64,000 nucleotides of DNA from contig CALVDE010000005.1 of NCBI GenBank assembly GCA_944326265.1, forward strand, positions 28,729 to 92,728, written 5' to 3'. The notes under the pieces are model-generated. The model made no database searches, was not told the DNA's origin, and was given only the letters and a program-made list of their open reading frames with translations. Shown here piece after piece: positions 50,197 to 56,861 of this stretch; the first letter of the stretch is position 1, and every line of letters starts with the position of its first letter. The translations under genes and the position numbers were made by a program. This DNA comes from an uncultured Bacteroidales bacterium. GTDB taxonomy: Bacteria > Bacteroidota > Bacteroidia > Bacteroidales > UBA932.

Positions 50197-50421
50197 ATGA
50201 GCAGAGAGGAGAAGAATAGGATCGCATTTTATATAGCGTGTATAGGAGCTTTTGCAGAGAGGTTCTCCATAAGCAATGCTTTTGCATACAGCTATCTGTC
50301 TCAATATAAAGGGTTGGAACTGATATACGATTACTACGATATCGAGCATACGTTCTCTATAGATGATGCAGTAGAGGATATGCAGAAAATATGTCGGCGG
50401 AATGGAGGTCCGCTCGTATGA
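50197..50421 (+). CDS. DUF3791-like small protein (copy 1)
   Basis: 74 aa and helical. ERFSISNAFAYSYLSQYKGLELI is paralogous by eye to copy 2. There is an ATGA overlap with the next gene. Confidence 0.6.
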   Translation: MSREEKNRIAFYIACIGAFAERFSISNAFAYSYLSQYKGLELIYDYYDIEHTFSIDDAVEDMQKICRRNGGPLV

Positions 50422-50888
50422 TACTGTATCATGGCTCAAATATAGAGATTGGTGAAATTCTTCTGGCAAAAGGCAGGCATGGAAAAGACTTTGGCAGAGG
50501 ATTCTACCTGAGCGCGGACTATAGACAGGCAGTGCGGATGGCTGAGAATGTCGTGCGGAGAGAGGGTGCCGGTGTGCCGTGTGTGACCCGTTTTGAGTTT
50601 GATGAAAGCAGGACCTGCAATCTGGCAATTAAGCGTTTTGATGGCTACACAGAGGAGTGGGCAAGGTTTGTTCTGGACAATAGAAGGAATTATACAGATA
50701 GGCCGAGTCATCCTTATGATATCGTAATAGGCCCGATTGCCAATGATGCTGTCGGGGTTCAGATAAGGTTGTTGTCAAGAGGTTTTATAACGTTTGACAA
50801 GTTTATAGAGAACTTAAAATTCACAACGCCGACAGTTCAGTATTTTTTTGGAACGGAACAGGCTGTCAAATTATTGAAAAAATTATGA
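50418..50888 (+). CDS. DUF3990-like protein with ADP-ribosyltransferase-like motifs
   Basis: MILYHGS...GRGFYLS...YDIVIGPIAND. The family name is from recall, and the ART similarity is my inference from the motifs. Confidence 0.65.
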   Translation: MILYHGSNIEIGEILLAKGRHGKDFGRGFYLSADYRQAVRMAENVVRREGAGVPCVTRFEFDESRTCNLAIKRFDGYTEEWARFVLDNRRNYTDRPSHPYDIVIGPIANDAVGVQIRLLSRGFITFDKFIENLKFTTPTVQYFFGTEQAVKLLKKL

Positions 50889-51112
50889 CATCTGACGAAA
50901 GACAATTTCTGATAGAGACATTATGCGAGGATCTGGTCCCGATGATAATGGAAGAGTATAATCTTTCAGATAAGGAAGCTATTGATAAACTGTATAAATC
51001 CAATACCTTTTCTAAGATAGAGGACCCGGATACCGGTCTATATTATCAGAGTCCAGTATATGTCTTCGACTTTCTGAAAGATGAATTTAATGCAGCCGGG
51101 GTTGAGCATTAA
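50885..51112 (+). CDS. DUF3791-like small protein (copy 2)
   Basis: 75 aa with EEYNLSDKEAIDKLYKSNTFSKI and an ATGA overlap with the previous gene. Confidence 0.6.
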   Translation: MTSDERQFLIETLCEDLVPMIMEEYNLSDKEAIDKLYKSNTFSKIEDPDTGLYYQSPVYVFDFLKDEFNAAGVEH

Positions 51113-51134
51113 GCAGAGAGCGCGTCTGACGGCT

Positions 51135-51431
51135 ATGTACGCCAGAAATTTCCTGATGGTGTCGGGGATATGCAGTTTGTCTGCGTTCATTGCTCTGGCA
51201 GCGATGGACGCGGATAGGGCCGGACTCGCAGCGATGGCCGGGATGCTGTCGCTGATGAAGCTGTTCCTGACCGGGATACTGGTGCTGCTTAGAATGTTGG
51301 ACCGCGGCCGGGGCGACCGGGAGTTTTTCTATATCAATCTCGGGCTCTATCCGCACCGGATGACGGCTGCGGCAAGTGCTGAGTTTATGAAGCGGTGTTC
51401 TGTTCGGAGGGTCATAGGGGGAATTAATTAA
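51135..51431 (+). CDS. Hypothetical two-TM protein (doubtful; possibly a gene fragment)
   Basis: A GC-rich ORF between AT-rich cassettes. It has two hydrophobic stretches and no motif. Confidence 0.25.
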   Translation: MYARNFLMVSGICSLSAFIALAAMDADRAGLAAMAGMLSLMKLFLTGILVLLRMLDRGRGDREFFYINLGLYPHRMTAAASAEFMKRCSVRRVIGGIN

Positions 51432-51471
51432 ATGGAGAATGTGATGCCGGGTGTGGCTTGGAGGTTGGAGG

Positions 51472-51684
51472 CTAATGGCTGTCCGGGTGGTATTCGAGGA
51501 TGTCGCCGGGCTGGCAGTCGAGGGCGCGGCAGAGGGCCTCGAGGGTGGTGAAGCGGATGGCGCGGGCCTTGCCGGTCTTGAGTATCGAGAGATTGGCGGG
51601 GGTGATGCCGACTTTTGCGGCCAGCTCGCCGGAGGACATCTTGCGGCGGGCGAGCATCACATCTATGTTTACGATTATTGCCAT
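51472..51684 (-). CDS. YozG-like short HTH transcriptional regulator (70 aa)
   Basis: MAIIVNIDVMLARRKMSSGELAAKVGITPANLSILKTGKARAIRFTTLEALCRALDCQPGDILEY. Confidence 0.85.
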   Translation of the reverse strand: MAIIVNIDVMLARRKMSSGELAAKVGITPANLSILKTGKARAIRFTTLEALCRALDCQPGDILEYHPDSH

Positions 51685-51694
51685 GACTGTTCGT

Positions 51695-52207
51695 TTAGAT
51701 GGTGAGTCTGTTTTCTTCGCTGACTCTGACCGCAAGGCCGTAGATGAGGGAGAAGGCGAAGAGTATCAGCGGAGTCAGAAGCATAGCATCAGTGATGTTT
51801 TTGTATGTGTCGTAGATTAGAATACGGATATTCTCATTGCAGAAATTGTACAGTAGGTTGCATACTGCGGCGGATATCAGTATGTAAGTGTTTGATTTAA
51901 GGAAAAATGCTCCTGATTTGAGGACAAGAATGGATTTGATCATGAACAGGAGCAGCAGAGCGTCGAAAGCGATGCCGAAGAGCAGGCGTCCATAAAATAT
52001 AAAGTACTGCCAGCCGAGGACATTGTCGCGCCATACGATTTTGCTGCCGTTCTCAGCGGCGCCGTCTCCGTAGACAATATTCCTGTAGTCTGTAAACCAT
52101 CCGGCTACGCTTCCGCTTTGCACGATAAGCCATACGGCATTTACAATACAGATGATGCCGACTATTGCTGTTACGGCAATCAGTAGATTTTTAGTGGTTC
52201 TTTTCAT
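51695..52207 (-). CDS. DUF2975-like membrane protein, partner of the YozG-like regulator
   Basis: 170 aa with four or five TM helices. It lies 10 nt upstream of the HTH gene, which is the usual DUF2975 + YozG pairing. Confidence 0.65.
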   Translation of the reverse strand: MKRTTKNLLIAVTAIVGIICIVNAVWLIVQSGSVAGWFTDYRNIVYGDGAAENGSKIVWRDNVLGWQYFIFYGRLLFGIAFDALLLLFMIKSILVLKSGAFFLKSNTYILISAAVCNLLYNFCNENIRILIYDTYKNITDAMLLTPLILFAFSLIYGLAVRVSEENRLTI

Positions 52208-52363
52208 AATTCGGTAAATTTTTATTGTTAATCGATATGCAAATATAGTAATTTTATCGAAAAACAATAAATTATCTGAAATTTTCTTGATGTTAAGTCT
52301 TTTTGCTGTCACAGAGCGCAATCTGTATATGCGGTGCGGACCCTCGCGGTTTTTGAACGCGTA

Positions 52364-52401
52364 TATTTTTGCGGTAAAAGTTTTACTTTTGCGGTAAAAG
52401 T
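52364..52401 (+). promoter_or_regulatory. Tandem duplicated promoter element: TTTTGCGGTAAAAGT x2 (20-nt period), each carrying a TAnnTTTG box
   Basis: TATTTTTG at 52364-52371 and TACTTTTG at 52384-52391. The 15-nt perfect direct repeat occupies 52367-52381 and 52387-52401, just upstream of the ATG at 52412. Confidence 0.5.
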
Positions 52402-52411
52402 ATCCACAATC

Positions 52412-53779
52412 ATGGCAAGAAGACTTCTCACTATCCTTCTTCTGAGCACGGCTGCAATGCTGGCATCTCAGGCGCAGAATGCTGACGGGCGTATCGGGAC
52501 GTGCATGAACGAAGGCCGTTGGTTCGACCTGGCACACGAGCTGAATGTTACTCCGGCGGATTCCGTCAACCCTATTTTGTATAAGATGGCTGTGGCAATG
52601 ACGCACCATTATTTCAACCGCCCTGACTCGGCGTGCACCGTGCTGGGAGATCTGCTGAACAATCATCAGGAGGAGTTGGGCGACAATACTTTAAGCATGG
52701 CGGTGCTGATGGGACTGAACCTGGCGCGTACCGACCGCTATGCTGAAGCGGCAGAGCTGATGCAGAGCCTGTGCGGCCAGCTGGAAGCAATGGGTGCGGA
52801 CAGTACGCAGACCGCAGGGCTGAGTATCATGGAGCGGCAGTACCGCGTTTTTGCCGAAAACGGCCCTGTCTGCCGGCCTCTGCATCCCGCAGGCACTTAC
52901 CGCGTTTCGATGAAGATTGATAATGCGATGCATACGGTCAGGGATAAAGCGTCCGAAGGGCATTTTATAGCAATGGACGGGCGCATCAACGGGAGGAAAA
53001 GTTCTCTGGTATTCGATACCGGTGCCGGTGTCAACATCATATCTTCCAGACAGGCATACGCAAGCGGCTTGCGTCTTCTGGATGCAGTCATACCGATGGC
53101 GGGGGTCGGTATGCAGCATGGACATCTTGCAATGGCGGATACGCTGCGTATTGGTGACATGGTGTGGGCCAATGTCCCGTTCCTTATCGTAGACATCCGG
53201 ACGGGTAATGCGGAAGCGGACAGTACTGGTGTGCTGTTGCCTCCGGTCATCGGTCTGCCTCTCATGCTCCGTATGCGGGAAGTACAGCTGGATTTTGAGC
53301 ACCGCCAGTTCATCATTCCGGCCGTGCCTTCTTCAAATCCGCTGGGAGAGAGCAATATGCTGAGGACGGACAGTGAGGGCCTGCACGTGGCTGCTGCAGA
53401 CGGAGACGGGCGGCCTCTGTATCTGCATTTTGATACAGGTGGATACGGGACAACGCTTCTTCCGCATTGGTACCTGCAGCACAGGGAGGAGGTTATGGCT
53501 GCGGGAACATCGGATTCCCTGAGGGTTGCCGGTGTGGGCGGTGTCAACATTACCCGCGCTTACCGTCTGCCGTATAAGGAGTTTTGCATAGGAAACGGTG
53601 AGGTTGTCCTCGATTCGGTGACAGTGGATACAGGAGTCGGCTTGCATACAGGCGGTGAGGAAAGTCCTCAGTACCTGGGAGGAGAAGAGGACGGTACTTT
53701 GGGGCTGGACCTTCTGGAGCAATTCAGGACGGTGATACTGAACTTGGAGGAAATGTATCTGAACGGGATACCGTATTAG
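52412..53779 (+). CDS. Secreted retropepsin-like aspartyl protease family protein (two DTG-type lobes)
   Basis: Signal peptide MARRLLTILLLSTAAMLASQAQ, then LVFDTGAGVNIIS and LHFDTGGYGTTLL. Confidence 0.7.
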   Translation: MARRLLTILLLSTAAMLASQAQNADGRIGTCMNEGRWFDLAHELNVTPADSVNPILYKMAVAMTHHYFNRPDSACTVLGDLLNNHQEELGDNTLSMAVLMGLNLARTDRYAEAAELMQSLCGQLEAMGADSTQTAGLSIMERQYRVFAENGPVCRPLHPAGTYRVSMKIDNAMHTVRDKASEGHFIAMDGRINGRKSSLVFDTGAGVNIISSRQAYASGLRLLDAVIPMAGVGMQHGHLAMADTLRIGDMVWANVPFLIVDIRTGNAEADSTGVLLPPVIGLPLMLRMREVQLDFEHRQFIIPAVPSSNPLGESNMLRTDSEGLHVAAADGDGRPLYLHFDTGGYGTTLLPHWYLQHREEVMAAGTSDSLRVAGVGGVNITRAYRLPYKEFCIGNGEVVLDSVTVDTGVGLHTGGEESPQYLGGEEDGTLGLDLLEQFRTVILNLEEMYLNGIPY

Positions 53780-53890
53780 CTCGATAGCAGGCAATGCAGG
53801 CCAATCTTCACGTTGCTTTTTAGTTGTAACGGATGTGGCTAAAAATTAAGATGTTGGCAAAATCACAGAATTTCAAATGCGGCTAAAATC

Positions 53891-54232
53891 AGTCTGTTTT
53901 GTAAAAATTTGCATAAGTAACTGTTGTGTAGACGCTTATCTGAATGACTCCTGAACAGACTCAAGGGAGAAACGAAGTCGTGCTTAAGCTGACCCGCACT
54001 CACAGGCCTTTATTGGCAGGTATTGAAAGGTCTTTGCGTCTATGCACCTCTGAGTCTGTTTTGACCTGTTTGAGATAACATGTTGTAGTTTGGTGAATTA
54101 TACTGGGTACTGGCGTTACAGATTGGTGACAGGTCTCCCTCAATCTGTTTTTGTCAGTTTGATGTAAATTATCGTAGTTGAGGATATTGTACTCGGTGTG
54201 GTATTACAGACTGGAGATGAAAAGTGGCAGAG
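53891..54232. repeat. Three related ~75-90 nt units, each bounded by AGTCTGTT...ACAGACT-type inverted termini, in an ORF-free region
   Basis: The units are at ~53891-53965, 54053-54141 and 54142-54232. The last two are adjacent and about two-thirds identical in a hand alignment. Confidence 0.6.
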
Positions 54233-54467
54233 CACTTTTGCTGCAGAAATGTGTATGAGAACTTCAACATTCATTTATGTCATGTAAATTTTAATGTCTG
54301 ACGGGAAAGCAAGCTATACGTGAAGAATGCGTGCAAAAGGTCCGAAGTTCACCTTCGGAAGGTGAGCAGGCGGATATTCCGCAGATTTTCGTAAATTTTC
54401 GTAAATTTGCCCAAGTGCTTGTAGCAGACATTATTTCGAGTTACTGATATTATGACCTGAGCAAAAT

Positions 54468-54953
54468 ATGAAATCGTTACGCAAGATATTCAACATCGTG
54501 TCGGCGGCTGTGCTGCTGACCTCTTTCTATCCGCTGTTGTTATGGAACAGGCTGGAAGGTGTGCGGATACCTACCCGTTTCGGTCTAGACGGGACGCCCG
54601 ACCGCTGGGGAAACATGACATCGCTGCTGATTCTCTGCGTTATAGCCACGGCTGCGTATGTGTTCTTCATGGCGTGTCAGCGTGCTCCGCAATTGATGAA
54701 CACGTTGGAGCCGGAGCCGGCGAAGATTACCCCTGGGGTCAGTTCCGCAGTGAAGGACTTTATCTCGCACCTGTGCCTTGTCTGCATGCTGCTTCATTCG
54801 TCCATTTCCAATTCCGGACTGGCGGTAGCTCTCGGAAAGGCGCAGGCCATGCCGTCCTGGATTTACGCAGTGCTCCTTGCTCTAATCGTGATAGCGGCAA
54901 TCGTTCTGACTGTCCGTGTGATCGTGGCGGTGGCTGCTCAACGAAGAGGGTAA
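54468..54953 (+). CDS. DUF1648-like membrane protein
   Basis: IPTRFGLDGTPDRWGN after the first TM helix is the DUF1648/SdpI-N-like motif as I recall it. The protein has four TM helices. Confidence 0.6.
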   Translation: MKSLRKIFNIVSAAVLLTSFYPLLLWNRLEGVRIPTRFGLDGTPDRWGNMTSLLILCVIATAAYVFFMACQRAPQLMNTLEPEPAKITPGVSSAVKDFISHLCLVCMLLHSSISNSGLAVALGKAQAMPSWIYAVLLALIVIAAIVLTVRVIVAVAAQRRG

Positions 54954-55037
54954 CGATCTCGGGCAAATGTGTGAGGGGTTGTTGGTGGGAATCGGAAAGG
55001 CCGTATTAGCAGAATAGTTGTGTACATGTGCTAAAAT

Positions 55038-55332
55038 CATCCCACCTTCTGAAGGTGTGCATAAAATCCCGAGAATCGTCTCGCCTTCGGAAGGTGGAAA
55101 ATAGTGAAATAGTCTGGGAACGGCATTATACGTGCTGTGGCTGTGCCGTTGCTCAATCCCACCTTCTGAAGGTGTGCAGAAAACCCCGAGAATCGTCTCA
55201 GCTTCGGAAGGTGGTAAAAGGTGAGAATGTCTGGGAACGGCATTATACGTGCTGTGGCTGTGCCGTTGCTCAATCCCACCTTCAGAAGGTGTGCAGAAAA
55301 CCCTGTGAATCGTCTCACCTTCGGAAGGTGGG
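55038..55332. repeat. 117-bp tandem repeat, ~2.5 copies, each with two CACCTTC-N-GAAGGTG palindromes plus an AACGGCA/TGCCGTT hairpin
   Basis: The CCCACC unit starts are at 55041, 55158 and 55275, giving an exact 117-nt period. Confidence 0.9.
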
Positions 55333-55353
55333 ACAGCGGGAGAGGAGGCAGGC

Positions 55354-55592
55354 TCAGTGCGTCTTGAGAAATGTATCCAACGCGGTGAAATATTCTTCGG
55401 TATGGGTGAATGCGGCCAGGAGGTGCTTGCAGTCGAATTCCCGGAGGGTGACGAGCGGGGAGGCGGTCAGGGGCCGGGCAGGCGGCGGGGACTGACGGTG
55501 TCTTCCGTGGCGTGGATCAGCAGCATGGGGACGGAGATGTCCTGAGGGGGAAGACGGGGAGCAACAGTATATGCGGCGAAGATGGATATTCT
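55354..55592 (-). pseudogene. 3' remnant of an alpha/beta hydrolase gene, 5'-truncated and frameshifted
   Basis: Minus-strand hand translation gives ...YTVAPRLPPQDISVPMLLIHATEDTVSPRRLPGP* in one frame (stop at 55467-55469) and ...PLVTLREFDCKHLLAAFTHTEEYFTALDTFLKTH* in another (stop at 55354-55356). There is no N-terminal part. Confidence 0.6.
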
Positions 55593-55659
55593 CAAATTGT
55601 GTTTTTGAAAATTTTAAAATTCCTGCGGATTTTATATTTTTACAGAAAATAGAAAAAAT

Positions 55660-56409
55660 ATGAATGTTATAGTCATAGGAGCTACGTCAGGAATAGGAAG
55701 AGCAGTAGCGGAAATTTATATCAGACAGGGTCATAGGGTCGGAATCACAGGCCGGCGGGAAGCTTTGCTCCGTGAGGTTGCGCTTAACGCGCCTGAAGGA
55801 GCTGTTTTCCCAAAGGCATTTGATGTGTCGGAAGACGATGCCGCAGAGCATCTTTCGGAACTGGTGGCGGCAATAGGCGGTGTGGATGTCTGCCTGTATT
55901 CGTCAGGTTACGGTCACACCAATACGGTGCTTGAGCCGTCTTTGGAGCTAGGCCAGGTCGATGTCAATGCCAAAGGCTTTGTCCGTTGCTCTGTCTGGCT
56001 GTTCAACTATTGGGCGGAGCGCGGTGTCAGGGGACATCTGGCCGTAATATCTTCGGTGGCCTCTATTCTTCCTCTGGGTGTATGTCCTGCGTATTCTGCC
56101 ACAAAGAAATTCGAGGCATTCTATGCGCAGACACTGCGTCAGCTGGCCAGAATACGTGAGGCGGATATACGGATTACCGTTATCAAGCCAGGATTTGTGG
56201 ATACTGATTTTATACACGGACGGCATTTCCCCATGACAATACGTAAGGAAAATGCCGCCGCAAGTATAGTTCGTGCGATAAAACGCAATAAAAAAACAGC
56301 GGTGATTGACGGACGATGGGCTGCGCTTGGCGTGCTCATGCGGATGATACCGTCTCCGCTGTGGAATTGGGCGGGCCGTTTTTTCAGACCCTACAAGGAC
56401 ATGTTCTAG
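55660..56409 (+). CDS. SDR family oxidoreductase
   Basis: VIGATSGIGRAVA and the catalytic YSATKKF. Confidence 0.9.
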   Translation: MNVIVIGATSGIGRAVAEIYIRQGHRVGITGRREALLREVALNAPEGAVFPKAFDVSEDDAAEHLSELVAAIGGVDVCLYSSGYGHTNTVLEPSLELGQVDVNAKGFVRCSVWLFNYWAERGVRGHLAVISSVASILPLGVCPAYSATKKFEAFYAQTLRQLARIREADIRITVIKPGFVDTDFIHGRHFPMTIRKENAAASIVRAIKRNKKTAVIDGRWAALGVLMRMIPSPLWNWAGRFFRPYKDMF

Positions 56410-56774
56410 AGCTCTTCAAAATCTACATTTGAGAAAGGAGCGCTTTCCTCCCTGCCGGCAGAGCTGCGGGAATCGTCCTCTGTCTTCTCAACGACAGGGC
56501 ATCTTTCCTTAATATAGGAAATTACTTCTTCGAGACCCTGGGAGAACTTCTCGAAGTCTTCCTTGTAGAGAAAAATTTTATGCTTGTCGTAGGCAAAACG
56601 TCCGTCTTTCTCGATTCTCCTCTTACTTTCTGTTATTGTAAGATAATAGTCATTGCCCTTAGTAGCTTTTACATCGAAAAAGTATGTCCTTTTTCCAGCG
56701 CGGACAGGTCTTGAATATACATCATCACCTCCGCGCTCAATAGCTGCTGAATTATCAATATCCTCCGAATACAT
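56406..56774 (-). CDS. DUF3276 / PUR-alpha-like nucleic-acid-binding protein
   Basis: RAGKRTYFFDVKATKGNDYYLTITESKRR...HKIFLYKEDFEKF. Confidence 0.8.
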   Translation of the reverse strand: MYSEDIDNSAAIERGGDDVYSRPVRAGKRTYFFDVKATKGNDYYLTITESKRRIEKDGRFAYDKHKIFLYKEDFEKFSQGLEEVISYIKERCPVVEKTEDDSRSSAGREESAPFSNVDFEEL

Positions 56775-56831
56775 TTTTATTAAATTTTACAAAATTTAAC
56801 ACAAATATAAAGTTTTTTCTTATGTTCAAAT

Positions 56832-56839
56832 TATATTTG
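56832..56839 (+). promoter_or_regulatory. -7 box TATATTTG upstream of nusB
   Basis: Exact TAnnTTTG match 23 nt before the ATG at 56862. Confidence 0.5.
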
Positions 56840-56861
56840 CAAAATGTTTTAAAAAGAAAGT

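Noticed and set aside
53780-54467. Whether the ORF-free region is a known housekeeping RNA (RNase P RNA, tmRNA, SRP RNA)
   Set aside because: I could not find the conserved RNase P P4 strings (GAAAGUCCGGGC-type), a tmRNA tRNA-like 3' end or tag ORF, or the SRP GGAA/AGCA domain IV motif. 6S-type or novel RNAs cannot be excluded by eye.
55038-55332. Possible CRISPR array
   Set aside because: The would-be spacers are themselves repeated almost identically, so this is a true tandem repeat. The 117-nt period is far from repeat-plus-spacer geometry, and there are no cas genes in the window.
55028-55495. Cys-rich repeated peptide (SHLLKVCRKPRESSQLRKV..ENVWERHYTCCGCAVAQ, 39-aa period) that could pass for a multi-core RiPP precursor; also the minus-strand ORF 55037..55318
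   Set aside because: Both strands are open simply because the 117-nt unit lacks stops. The ORF starts at GTG with no promoter context and runs on across the hydrolase remnant. Copy differences leave the nucleotide palindromes mostly intact rather than conserving the peptide. No maturation enzymes are nearby.
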